Positions 30,103 through 39,383 of a stretch of DNA of 64,000 nucleotides are shown here, piece after piece. The first letter of the stretch is position 1. Each line of letters opens with the position of its first letter. The stretch lies in assembly GCA_963733295.1 (NCBI GenBank), contig CAVTCS010000003.1:1696001-1760000 (forward strand), written 5' to 3'. Under the pieces are notes generated by a model that did not search any database, was not told where the DNA came from, and worked only from the letters and a program-made list of their open reading frames with translations. The position numbers were made by a program, and so were the translations under genes. Origin of the DNA: Vulcanimicrobiota bacterium (GTDB lineage: Bacteria; Vulcanimicrobiota; Vulcanimicrobiia; Vulcanimicrobiales; Vulcanimicrobiaceae).

Positions 30103-31803
30103 TTAGAACGTCTTTCCTTGCTGCAGCAAGAGCTGTTCGACGATCGGACCGAGCGAATCGGCCGGGAAGAACGTCAACGCACCGACGATGACGATCACGC
30201 CGATCAAAAGCACGACGAAGATCGGTGAGTAGGTCGTGAAGGTTCCGACGGTTTCCGGAACGCTGCGCTTTCCTGCGAGCGACCCGGCCAGAGCCAGCGA
30301 CGGGATGATGAACAGATAGCGTCCGCAGATCATCACGATGCCGGTCACGACGTTGTAGTACGTGTTGCCGCCGATCCCCGCGAAGGCGCTTCCGTTGTTC
30401 TCGGTCGTCGAACTGAACATGTACAGAATCTCCGAGAAGCCGTGCACCCCGTTGTTGCCGAGCGTCGCGAGGCCGGCCGGAAGCAGGACGGAGATCGCCG
30501 CGGGGACGAGCGCGAACGTCGGAAGTACGAGAATCGCGAGAATCGCGAGCTGGACCTCACGGCGCTCGATCTTCTTCCCCAGGTACTCCGGCGTGCGACC
30601 CACCATGAGGCCCGCGATGAAGACCGTCAACACCACGAAGACGATCATCCCGTAGAGACCGGTGCCGACGCCGCCGAAGATGACCTCGCCGATTTGCAGG
30701 TTGGCCATCGGCACGAGGCCGCCCAGCGGCGTGAATGAGTCGTGCATCGAGTTGACGGCGCCGCACGACGTGTCGGTCGTAACGGTCGCGAACAAGGACG
30801 ATGCCGCGACCCCGAAGCGGCACTCCTTGCCCTCGAGGTTTCCGCCGGCGACGCCAAGGTGCTGCACGAGCGGATTGCCTGCCGCTTCGGCCCAATACGC
30901 CGTGACGAACCCAACGATAAAGAGCACGCTCATCGTGGCGAACAGCGCCCAACCCTGCCGTCTATCTTTCGCGAAGCGGCCGTACGCGTACGTCAGGGCG
31001 GCCGGGATTAGGAAGATGCAGAGCATCTCGAGCAGATTGGAAAACGGGGTCGGATTTTCGTTCGGCGAGGACGAGTTGGCGTTGACGAAGCCGCCGCCGT
31101 TGGTGCCCAGCTCCTTGATGATCTCTTGCGAGGCCATCGGTCCGTGCGTGATCGACTGCTTCATGCCTTCGATCGACACCACGTCGGTATAGGGCTTGAA
31201 GTTTTGCGGAACGCCCTGCATGACGAGCAACAACCCGCCGAGGATACTGATCGGCAGCAAAACGTAAAGCAGACTCCGCGTCAAGTCGACCCAGAAGTTG
31301 CCGACGGCTTTGGAGTCGGTGCGGGTCACGCCGCGGATGACTGCGATCGCGACGGCGATGCCCAACCCGGCCGAGACGAAGTTGTGCCAGGCGAGGCCCG
31401 CCATCTGCGACAGATAGCTCATCGTGCTCTCGCCCGAGTAGAACTGCCAGTTCGTGTTCGTCGTGAAGCTGACCGCTGCGTTCCAGGCCGCGTCGGGCGC
31501 GAGGTTGTCGAAACCTTGCGGGTTGAGCGGAAGCCACTTCTGCGTGCGCAGTAAGACGTACAAATAGACGAGGGCGACGGCGCTGAACGCGAAGATCGCG
31601 AACAGGTAGTTCGTCGCATTCATCTCGCGCTGGGGATCGATGCGGCACACGCGGTAGAAGCCGCGCTCGACCGGTGCAAGCACCGGCGACAAGAACGTAC
31701 GCTCGCCGCTGAAGACGCGCGTCATGTAGAGACCCAGGGGCTTGGTCAGCGCGCAGACGAGCGCGAAAAACGCGATCGCCTGCAGCCACCCGTAAACCGA
31801 CAC
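30103..31803 (-). CDS. kdpA: K+-transporting ATPase subunit A
   Basis: [53 protein letters not shown]. Confidence 0.98.
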   Translation of the reverse strand: MSVYGWLQAIAFFALVCALTKPLGLYMTRVFSGERTFLSPVLAPVERGFYRVCRIDPQREMNATNYLFAIFAFSAVALVYLYVLLRTQKWLPLNPQGFDNLAPDAAWNAAVSFTTNTNWQFYSGESTMSYLSQMAGLAWHNFVSAGLGIAVAIAVIRGVTRTDSKAVGNFWVDLTRSLLYVLLPISILGGLLLVMQGVPQNFKPYTDVVSIEGMKQSITHGPMASQEIIKELGTNGGGFVNANSSSPNENPTPFSNLLEMLCIFLIPAALTYAYGRFAKDRRQGWALFATMSVLFIVGFVTAYWAEAAGNPLVQHLGVAGGNLEGKECRFGVAASSLFATVTTDTSCGAVNSMHDSFTPLGGLVPMANLQIGEVIFGGVGTGLYGMIVFVVLTVFIAGLMVGRTPEYLGKKIERREVQLAILAILVLPTFALVPAAISVLLPAGLATLGNNGVHGFSEILYMFSSTTENNGSAFAGIGGNTYYNVVTGIVMICGRYLFIIPSLALAGSLAGKRSVPETVGTFTTYSPIFVVLLIGVIVIVGALTFFPADSLGPIVEQLLLQQGKTF

Positions 31804-31815
31804 GGTGAGGGCTCC

Positions 31816-31902
31816 TTAAAATTTTTCGGGACGCAGCATCGCGTACGTAAGATAGACGACGGCGAGCACGGCCAACACGAGGCCTAAGACGTTATCGAAC
31901 AC
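31816..31902 (-). CDS. kdpF: K+-transporting ATPase subunit F
   Basis: Manual translation MFDNVLGLVLAVLAVVYLTYAMLRPEKF*, with the YL.YA.L.PE.F signature, immediately upstream of kdpA. Confidence 0.92.
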   Translation of the reverse strand: MFDNVLGLVLAVLAVVYLTYAMLRPEKF

Positions 31903-31918
31903 GCTCGTAACCAGCGCA

Positions 31919-32011
31919 CTATATCCGCTCGCAAGCGCGAGCGAACAGATCGAACAAGACGAAGCTCAGCAACGTCAGCGCGATGACCAGGATCTCGAGA
32001 AGAACGGACAC
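31919..32011 (-). CDS. 30-aa single-TM peptide upstream of kdpF
   Basis: GAGGTG RBS, then GTG...TAG: MSVLLEILVIALTLLSFVLFDLFARACERI*. Confidence 0.75.
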   Translation of the reverse strand: MSVLLEILVIALTLLSFVLFDLFARACERI

Positions 32012-32118
32012 GGAAGAGTCACCTCGGAACGAGCCGTCCACGATGCTACCAGGCTGCGCCTGCCTTTGGCAGCCGCCGAACGGACGAACCAAACGGACAC
32101 CGAAAGCAGCGCTTAGCG

Positions 32119-33312
32119 ATGCCGCACCTTACCGCGATCCTTCTGGTGATCGCGCTTTCGAGCGCGGCGTACGTCTTCGCGAAAGTCGCGTGGCACGCGG
32201 GTATCCCGCCGCCCGTCGCCGTCACCCTCGTGGGAATTGCGGCCGGCGGAATGCTTCCGCTGACCCACGAGATCGCACTCGGTCCGATTCTGTTCGGCAT
32301 TCTTCTGCCGGCGCTCATCTTCGAATCGGCCTGGGACATGGACGCGGCCGCGCTCCGCCGTGTCGCCCGCATCGTCTTCATGCTCGCCGTTCCGGGAACG
32401 CTCGTGACGATGGGCGTCGTCGCCATAGCAGCGAACGGCTCTGGCGCGATCGGCTGGAGCGCGGCATTGACGATCGGCGCGATCTTAGCCGCGACCGATC
32501 CCATCGCCGTGCTCGCACTCTTTCGCAGCTTGAACTTGCCGGCCGATCTGCTCGCAATCGTCGAAGGCGAGTCGATCGGGAACGACGCGATCGCGCTCGT
32601 GCTCGTGCAACTCATCGTTCCCTTCGCGATGGGCACGAGTGCCGCAGGCGGCATCTCGCTTGCGATCGGGAAATTTTTCTACATGGCACTGGTGGGTATC
32701 GGCGCCGGCATCGCGCTCGCGTACGTGGCTGCGATCGTGCTCCGCCCGCGAAGGGCGGCGGTATTGACCCTTCCCGTCACGATTCTCTTAGCATACGGCA
32801 GCTATGCGGCGGCGACGTCACTGGGCGCTTCGGGCATCCTCGCGGTCGCGGCCGCCGGTATTATGCTTCGCTCGCGGGTCCGCGTGCAACCGGCGATCGA
32901 CGCCGCGATCGATCGCTTTTGGGATCTCGCTGCGCTCGTGGCAAACTCGGTCGTCTTTTTGCTGCTCGGTTTCACGCTCGACCTCGAGCGGATCTTTCAC
33001 GAACCTCTGCTCTTCGTTGCGACACTGGCCGGAGCTCTAGCTGCGCGCGCGCTGCTCGCCTACGGCCTGGTGTACTTCCCGTCAGGCTCCGAGCGACGCG
33101 GGTGGCGAGCCGCCATCGGTTTGGCCGGACTGCGGGGCGGCCTCTCCGTCGCGATGGCACTCGGGCTGCCGCAAGACTTTCCCTCGCGCGCGGCGGTCAT
33201 CGACGCCGTTTTCGCCGTCGTCTTCATGACGCTCGTCGTTCAAGGCTGGGCGATCGCTCCGATTCTGCGCCGCGCCCTGCCCTCCGGAGCGCGTTACGCG
33301 CGGAAGACGTAA
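32119..33312 (+). CDS. cation:proton antiporter, CPA1 (NhaP-like)
   Basis: LLPALIFESAW, GAILAATDPIAV, EGESIGNDA, AGLRGGLSVAMAL. Confidence 0.88.
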   Translation: MPHLTAILLVIALSSAAYVFAKVAWHAGIPPPVAVTLVGIAAGGMLPLTHEIALGPILFGILLPALIFESAWDMDAAALRRVARIVFMLAVPGTLVTMGVVAIAANGSGAIGWSAALTIGAILAATDPIAVLALFRSLNLPADLLAIVEGESIGNDAIALVLVQLIVPFAMGTSAAGGISLAIGKFFYMALVGIGAGIALAYVAAIVLRPRRAAVLTLPVTILLAYGSYAAATSLGASGILAVAAAGIMLRSRVRVQPAIDAAIDRFWDLAALVANSVVFLLLGFTLDLERIFHEPLLFVATLAGALAARALLAYGLVYFPSGSERRGWRAAIGLAGLRGGLSVAMALGLPQDFPSRAAVIDAVFAVVFMTLVVQGWAIAPILRRALPSGARYARKT

Positions 33313-33785
33313 CCTCCGCGATGTCCCGAAGAACGGACGGTCAGGATATGCCGGCGCTGCGGCGACTCGGCGTCGACGATCTGCCTCAACTGATGGACGT
33401 AGACGCGCAACGTGGCATCGTGTTCCGCGCGAAACTCTCCCCAGACTTGCTGAATGAGCGCCTCGCGCGACATCACGCGCCCGGCGTTGCGCATCAATGC
33501 GGCCAGCACGGCGACCGGTTTCGAGCGCAGCAGCGATTCGCGCTCTCCGCAGCGCAGCAGATGGCTCTGTTGATCGAGCCGGACCTCGCCCACTTCGAGG
33601 GGTCCCTCAGCGAGCGAGCTGGGGCGTAGCACGATGAGCGGAGCCTCTTGTCCGTTGGCTCGGCAAGCATCGAGTGCCGATTGAAGAGTTGCAAGGTCGC
33701 TCACGACCAGCGCGCCTTCGGTTTGGAGTGCTCCGGGCCGCACGCGGGTTGCGAGCTTGCGCGCGACCGGCCGAGATGATAGCAA
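33294..33785 (-). CDS. OmpR/KdpE-type winged-helix DNA-binding protein without a recognisable receiver domain
   Basis: C-terminal LAALMRNAGRVMSREALIQQVWG...LRVYVHQLRQ...RRHILTV...GGYVF; probable TTG start at 33785 after GGAGAG. Confidence 0.75.
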   Translation of the reverse strand: MLSSRPVARKLATRVRPGALQTEGALVVSDLATLQSALDACRANGQEAPLIVLRPSSLAEGPLEVGEVRLDQQSHLLRCGERESLLRSKPVAVLAALMRNAGRVMSREALIQQVWGEFRAEHDATLRVYVHQLRQIVDAESPQRRHILTVRSSGHRGGYVFRA

Positions 33786-33911
33786 GTGACTCTCCGTCCT
33801 TCCGTGTTCGATTCTATCCGTTAGGCGATAAGAACGCTTCGAGTCTGACCGAATCGTCGTTGCGCCGCAGGCTCTTCCGTTAAACAATTCCGCTAAACAA
33901 TTCAGTGCAGA

Positions 33912-33955
33912 AGGGGAGTGCGGCGTTCCGATGCTCGGGGTACCGCATTCCCCCT
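33912..33955 (-). terminator. stem-loop downstream of the lipoprotein gene
   Basis: AGGGGAGTGCGG...CCGCATTCCCCCT imperfect inverted repeat just after the stop at 33970; no strong U-tract. Confidence 0.5.
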
Positions 33956-33969
33956 CTCAGAGTTTCGTT

Positions 33970-35256
33970 CTAACGGCGACCGCTAAACGAACGCCGCCGG
34001 AATGCGGGAATCGACGATCCGGCCGGGTACAGCGCGACGCTCGAGATCGTGATGTCCGACTGCCCTGAAGCTCCCGTTATGGCGGGCGCCGGATTCCCGT
34101 TGCTGTTGGGATACGACGACTCATACGCCGGGTAGTCGAAGCCGATCGACCACGCGCCGACCACGTCGACCGCCGACGCACTGCCGCCGTTCGCGGCCGT
34201 GTTTTGCGCGGCCGTGCAAATCGTAGGCGCTCCACCAGGTCCGGCCGCATCGCTCAAGGTGGACGTGCCGCTCGTCGTCACCGCGAACGTGTAGTAGATC
34301 GGACTGCCGGCGGAGGCTCCATTGCAATTCGGAACCTGGGCCGGAGGCGTTCCGCTCGTCGTCGACGTCCCGAAGTCGACGATCTGGATGTAGCCTTCGG
34401 TGACGCCCGGCGGGAGCGCGATCGCAAACGCGCCGCCGTTTCCCGTCGCGTCCGGCGTAAACGCGGGCGCCGCGATGTTCGGCAAGGGTGCCGTCGTCGT
34501 CATCGTCGCCGTCGCGGTCTTCGTAAACGTACCGGAGCTCCCGCGGACGGTAACCGTCAACGCGTACGGCGAGTTCGCTACCGGAATCACGCCTTCGAAC
34601 ACGTCGAGGCCTTCGCTGATTCCGGCAGTGCCGGCCGGCACGACTCCGCTGCCGTTCGGAGCCTGCCCCGTTCCGAGAATGTCGAAGGCGGGCACGCCGC
34701 CCCAACTTGCGGGTACTTGATTCGGGTCGGGTGAGGTTGCGTCGTACAACGGGACCGGATATGGAGCGACCGCCCACGGAATTCCGTTGAACGTGTAGTT
34801 GAACGGCTCGATACCAAGGCCGAACGCTCCGCCGCTTTGACCGAAGGTCGTTACGCTCGCGTTACCCGGGGTCTGGGGCGAAGCGGTCATCGAACCGGCC
34901 GTCGTACCGCTCGGAATCTCCGAAGGAGCGGGACCGGTCAAGACGGTTGAATCAGGGTCGAGCGCTCCGGGCGATCCCGCCGGAGCCCCAAAGCCGCCCG
35001 GGACGGTTAACACCGGTGAATCGGTGAGTGCACCGCTATCGCCCGCGCGTTGACCACCCTTGGGTTGTCGATAGGTCGAGACGACGTTGAGACCGGTGAG
35101 CGTTCCATAGATGTTGGCCGTACCCACCGCGAGTTGCAACACGTTTCCCGATGCATTCACGACGTGCTGAGGAGTCGTCCCCGCCGACGGTCCGCAACCC
35201 GCCACGGCGAGAGCGAGCGCGGCGCACGCGGAAAGAAACCTCGGTTTGGTTTTCAA
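33970..35256 (-). CDS. putative lipoprotein co-transcribed with TonB-dependent receptor paralog 2
   Basis: Basic N-terminus, hydrophobic stretch and lipobox LAVAG-C; Gly/Pro/Thr/Ala-rich beta-type sequence. Confidence 0.7.
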   Translation of the reverse strand: MKTKPRFLSACAALALAVAGCGPSAGTTPQHVVNASGNVLQLAVGTANIYGTLTGLNVVSTYRQPKGGQRAGDSGALTDSPVLTVPGGFGAPAGSPGALDPDSTVLTGPAPSEIPSGTTAGSMTASPQTPGNASVTTFGQSGGAFGLGIEPFNYTFNGIPWAVAPYPVPLYDATSPDPNQVPASWGGVPAFDILGTGQAPNGSGVVPAGTAGISEGLDVFEGVIPVANSPYALTVTVRGSSGTFTKTATATMTTTAPLPNIAAPAFTPDATGNGGAFAIALPPGVTEGYIQIVDFGTSTTSGTPPAQVPNCNGASAGSPIYYTFAVTTSGTSTLSDAAGPGGAPTICTAAQNTAANGGSASAVDVVGAWSIGFDYPAYESSYPNSNGNPAPAITGASGQSDITISSVALYPAGSSIPAFRRRSFSGRR

Positions 35257-35274
35257 GGTCGGTTCCTTTCCCGG

Positions 35275-38200
35275 CTAGAGCTTCAGCTGGTAGTAGACTT
35301 GAAAGGCGAACGGTTGCAACGGCGCAATGTCGGGAGCACCCGTAAAGTCTCCGTTCGAGAGCACGTAGGCGCCGTTGCTGTAGGCGTACGATTCGCGCGG
35401 GATGTTGGAGCAGCCGCGGGCCGTGCCGTACTGCAAGCAGTTGGCATTGAACCCCGTCTGCGGACCCGACGAACCGGTGGTGACCGGTTGGTAGTACGGG
35501 TTGACCGCGGGAACCGAATTCACGAACCCGTTTCCGAAGAGATTGATGAACTGGATGCCGACCGTGCTCGACTTCACGCTATATTGCAGCGTCAGCCCGG
35601 CTTGCAAGTTGATCGCCGACAGAAAGCCGCCGTATGCGGCAGTCTGATTGACCCCACGAGTGGCAGCGATGTTGGGATTGAAATTCGTTCCAGGATCGGC
35701 CGGGTCGTAGTACGCGGTCGAAAGATTGGCGCCGCTCGTTGAGTACAAGCCGTTGTTGACTTGCGGCGTACCGCACCCGAAGTTCACGAGCGCGATATTG
35801 ACGTTCTTTCCGTTGCACGACGATGCAACCAGGTTGCCCGCCGAGTACGGGTACCCGGCGTTGAACTGCAGAACCGGCGTCGCGCTGAAGCCGCTCGGCG
35901 TCTTGTACGTCGTACCGAGTCGCATCGAGAACGGCGAAACGTAGCCGGCTCGATAGAGGTTTCCGAGCGCGAGCGTCGCCGTCGACAGGATCGGCACGTT
36001 CGTCTCGTTCTCGGAAAGTGGCGGCGTCGTGCCGAGCACGTTCTGGTACGTTGCCGCCCAGAACCCGGACCAGCCGACGGCCTTGTTCGGCGTCGTCAAG
36101 TCGACCTCGACGCCGGTCGTCTTGTTGAGGCCCTGGTTGTCGGTACCGAAGATGGCCAAACCTCCCGGAATCAGCGCGATCACGCCGGCTGCCGGCAGGT
36201 TCGTTCCGGTCTTGTAGAAACCCACGACCCGCGAGCCCCAGCCGTTTGCGAACGCATGCGAGTAACTCAGGTCGTAGTTGTTGTAGGTCGCGGGCTCCGC
36301 GTTGCCGCCGTCGGGCGCTTCGATGTTGTCGCCCTGCCAATACAACTGCTGCGAGTAGAACGAGCAAGGCAACGAGTTTCCGCTGATCGTCGCGATGCAC
36401 GTCGCACCGGGCTTCGCCGGAATCTTCGTGAACGGTCCAAGATTGTACAGGTTGAACGGCGTTCCGGCAGTTTGCCCGTTGATGAACACGGCGGAGCGGC
36501 CGTACGAGGCGCGAACCGAGTTCGACGTATTGAGCTGGTAGCTGATGCCGACCCGCGGTTCCCATTCCGTCGGATTGAGAAACTTGCTCGTCCACGCGGA
36601 GGGCAAAACCGAATATGGGCCTCCCGGTGTGGTCGACGGAATGCCCTGCCCGTACTGGTCCAGCTGGTTGAACCAGTGCGAGTTCTGGCCCTCGTAGCGC
36701 ACGCCCGCGTCCACGTGCATTGCCGGCGTAGGGGTGTACTGGAAGCGGATTCCCGTGCCGTAATTCTGGAAGAACGACTTATTGTAGCTGATGCCCCAGA
36801 CCGGAATCCGCGGTACCGCCTCTCCGCGTGAGGTGAAGTAGTCGTACACGTAGCCGCCCGGCAGCCAATCCGCCGGCTGCGGACAGGTCGCGCACGAAGC
36901 GATCGAAAGGCCGGCAATCGGCGATGACGGTATGAAGCCGTTCTGCGGCACGTAGAAGTTGAAGTCGGGGTGCTGCACCTCATCCTTGACGTTGAGCGTA
37001 ACGAGAAGATTCGACGCAACCTGATGCGTGAGATCGAGCGAGGCGCCGACCGTCGCGCCACCGGACTCGGCCCACTCGGCGACCCCGCCGCTCCCGGGGC
37101 CAAGGCTGAAGGAGTTGTCGGTGGTGAGGTCTTGCGCCCAGTTGTAGTAGCGCAGTGCCAAGAACGTGGTGGGATTCAAGTTGTTGTCGTATTCGAACTT
37201 GAGAAAGCGCGTCTGAACCGTCTCGTTGACCTGCGGTGACGGAATGGTCGAGTTCGTCGCCGGCGTTCCGGGCGTCAACCCGACAAGACTCGCATACTGT
37301 GCGGGCGTAAGTCCGGTGAAGGTCTGCCAAATACCCTGACTCAATGCGTCGTATGGATAGTACGCCAGACCGTTGGGATTCGTTTCCGCGTTGTAGGGCT
37401 GGCCGCCGTTCGGAATGCCGCCCAGGTTCCCGATCTGTACCTCAGAGATGTTCGTGTAGAGAACCTGCAGCGATTGGCTTTGATTCTTACCGAACTTAAA
37501 GATGAAGTTATTTGTAAACTGATCGTTCGACTGATACTGAGCCCCGAAGTAGTTGCCTAGCGGGCCCGCATCCTGTTGCGAATAGCCGAAGTACGGTGCG
37601 AACCGCGCGCCGGTAAACGCGACGTAGTCCGAGATCGCGCCGTTTGAGGTCGCGAGGCCTTCCTCAAACGCGAACTGATGCGAGAAATTCGGGCCGCCCG
37701 CCTCGAGATCCACGAAACCAAAACCCGGATACGTGCCCCGCTTCGGAATGACGTTGATGACGCCGGAACCGACGTTACCTTGCGTCGCGTCGCCGGCGCC
37801 TTCGACGACCTGAACCGAGCCGAGGCCGTTGACGAGGCCGTTCGACCCGTTGTTGCCGAGAAACGGTTCCGTGAAGGTGACGCCGTCGTACTGGTAACCG
37901 ACCTCGCGCGAGGCGCCGCCGCGAATCGTGGGCATACCCGCGTTGGTCAAGGTCACGCCGGGGACCGCTAACAGAACGTTGTTCTCGTTGGTCGTCGCCA
38001 GCTTACCGGTCGACTGCAGGATGCGGTTCTGGTCGACCGTGAACGTGTCGGTCGTCTGCGTCGGCTGGAACGCGCCGGCTTGCGAGCGAGCCGTCACGTG
38101 ACCGATTTCTCTTTCCTTGCCGAGCGTGACGACCCCGAGACCTTGCGTCTGGTCGCCGAGTATCGTAACGCCTGTGAGCGTAGCGGGGATGTATCCCGAG

Positions 38201-38451
38201 CTCTCGACGGTGACGAGATAGGTGTCGACCGGCATGCCTAGGATGTTGAAGGTGCCTTTCGAGTCGGTCGTGGCCTTGTAGGTACCGCTCGGACTCACTA
38301 CCGTAACCTTCGCCTGTACGATCGGGGCTTTGGTAGCTTGGTCCACGACGGTTCCCGACAGGTTGCCGAACTGGCCGCCCGCGGCAAAGGTGGGGCCGAT
38401 CGATGTGCCTACGAGTGCAACGATCAGCGCGAGCTTGAACGCCGTTGACAT
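35275..38451 (-). CDS. TonB-dependent receptor-like outer-membrane protein (paralog 2)
   Basis: Collinear with and highly similar to 23825..27046 (same MSTAF start, identical plug segment, same IAPLQPFAFQVYYQLKL end); GGAGGAG RBS. Confidence 0.8.
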   Translation of the reverse strand: MSTAFKLALIVALVGTSIGPTFAAGGQFGNLSGTVVDQATKAPIVQAKVTVVSPSGTYKATTDSKGTFNILGMPVDTYLVTVESSGYIPATLTGVTILGDQTQGLGVVTLGKEREIGHVTARSQAGAFQPTQTTDTFTVDQNRILQSTGKLATTNENNVLLAVPGVTLTNAGMPTIRGGASREVGYQYDGVTFTEPFLGNNGSNGLVNGLGSVQVVEGAGDATQGNVGSGVINVIPKRGTYPGFGFVDLEAGGPNFSHQFAFEEGLATSNGAISDYVAFTGARFAPYFGYSQQDAGPLGNYFGAQYQSNDQFTNNFIFKFGKNQSQSLQVLYTNISEVQIGNLGGIPNGGQPYNAETNPNGLAYYPYDALSQGIWQTFTGLTPAQYASLVGLTPGTPATNSTIPSPQVNETVQTRFLKFEYDNNLNPTTFLALRYYNWAQDLTTDNSFSLGPGSGGVAEWAESGGATVGASLDLTHQVASNLLVTLNVKDEVQHPDFNFYVPQNGFIPSSPIAGLSIASCATCPQPADWLPGGYVYDYFTSRGEAVPRIPVWGISYNKSFFQNYGTGIRFQYTPTPAMHVDAGVRYEGQNSHWFNQLDQYGQGIPSTTPGGPYSVLPSAWTSKFLNPTEWEPRVGISYQLNTSNSVRASYGRSAVFINGQTAGTPFNLYNLGPFTKIPAKPGATCIATISGNSLPCSFYSQQLYWQGDNIEAPDGGNAEPATYNNYDLSYSHAFANGWGSRVVGFYKTGTNLPAAGVIALIPGGLAIFGTDNQGLNKTTGVEVDLTTPNKAVGWSGFWAATYQNVLGTTPPLSENETNVPILSTATLALGNLYRAGYVSPFSMRLGTTYKTPSGFSATPVLQFNAGYPYSAGNLVASSCNGKNVNIALVNFGCGTPQVNNGLYSTSGANLSTAYYDPADPGTNFNPNIAATRGVNQTAAYGGFLSAINLQAGLTLQYSVKSSTVGIQFINLFGNGFVNSVPAVNPYYQPVTTGSSGPQTGFNANCLQYGTARGCSNIPRESYAYSNGAYVLSNGDFTGAPDIAPLQPFAFQVYYQLKL

Positions 38452-38591
38452 ACGTCTCCTCCCTCAAGGGGCGATGTGACCGAGCACGGCACATTTCGGC
38501 CGCACTCTTCTGTGGAGTCTAATCCTCAGCGCGAACGAACACTTCGCTCAGCATCGAAGCGTCGGCCGGCGCGAACCGGTACAATCGCAGT

Positions 38592-39299
38592 GTGAATCTC
38601 GACATCGAGTACGACGCGGACGCCGCGGCTTCTCGACTTGCCGCTGCGATCGGCGAACCCGCACGCGCGCGCATCCTCTATTGTTTAATGGATGGGCATG
38701 CTCGGACGAGTACGGAACTCGCGCTCGTCGCGGGCGTCAGCCCATCGACGGCGAGTGCGCACTTGAATCGGTTAACGTTCGAGCGCTTGATCAAGGCTAC
38801 CGCACAAGGCAAACATCGCTACTACTGTTTGTACGATCCGGCCGTGGCCGGCGTGCTCGAACATCTCAGCGTCTTAGCGGGCGCGGTACGCGCGCCGTTC
38901 GTTCCGCGAACGCCCGTGCGTTTGCGAGCCGCGCGGACGTGCTACGATCACATGGCGGGTGCGCTGGCGGTGGCCTTACACGACCGGCTCATGTCGCTTC
39001 ACTGGCTCGCCGTGACGACGCAAGAAGCCACCGACTACGACGTTGGTTCGAACGGCGTCGAAGCGTTCAAGAAACTCGGAATCGATCTCGAGGGCGAGCG
39101 GGCGCGCCGCCGGAGGTTCGCGTACGCCTGTCTCGACTGGAGCGAACGGCGCCCTCACGTGGGCGGCGCGGTCGGCGCGGCGTTGCTCGCTCTCGCGCTG
39201 CGGAAACGCTGGGTTGCGCAAGAGTTCGACAGCCGAAGCTTGTCGATCACCCCGCTCGGGCAACGCGAGCTTTCGTCGTGTCTGGGCCTGCGCGTGTAA
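38592..39299 (+). CDS. ArsR/SmtB family HTH regulator (YdfF-like)
   Basis: IGEPARARIL..LMDG..RTSTELA..AGVSPSTASAHL, QGKHRYY, ARTCYDHMAG, CLDWSERRPH. Confidence 0.9.
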   Translation: MNLDIEYDADAAASRLAAAIGEPARARILYCLMDGHARTSTELALVAGVSPSTASAHLNRLTFERLIKATAQGKHRYYCLYDPAVAGVLEHLSVLAGAVRAPFVPRTPVRLRAARTCYDHMAGALAVALHDRLMSLHWLAVTTQEATDYDVGSNGVEAFKKLGIDLEGERARRRRFAYACLDWSERRPHVGGAVGAALLALALRKRWVAQEFDSRSLSITPLGQRELSSCLGLRV

Positions 39300-39383
39300 G
39301 CGCGGGGCGGCCTCCGACTTCGGTCTAGCGAAGTCTAGTCCGTTTCATCTATACTCCGGCCATGGCAACGCCGTGGAACGCCG

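Noticed and set aside
32012..32118. c-di-AMP (ydaO) riboswitch ahead of kdp
   Set aside because: The intergenic region is only ~107 bp and lacks the GCTGAATCC...GGAACC pattern
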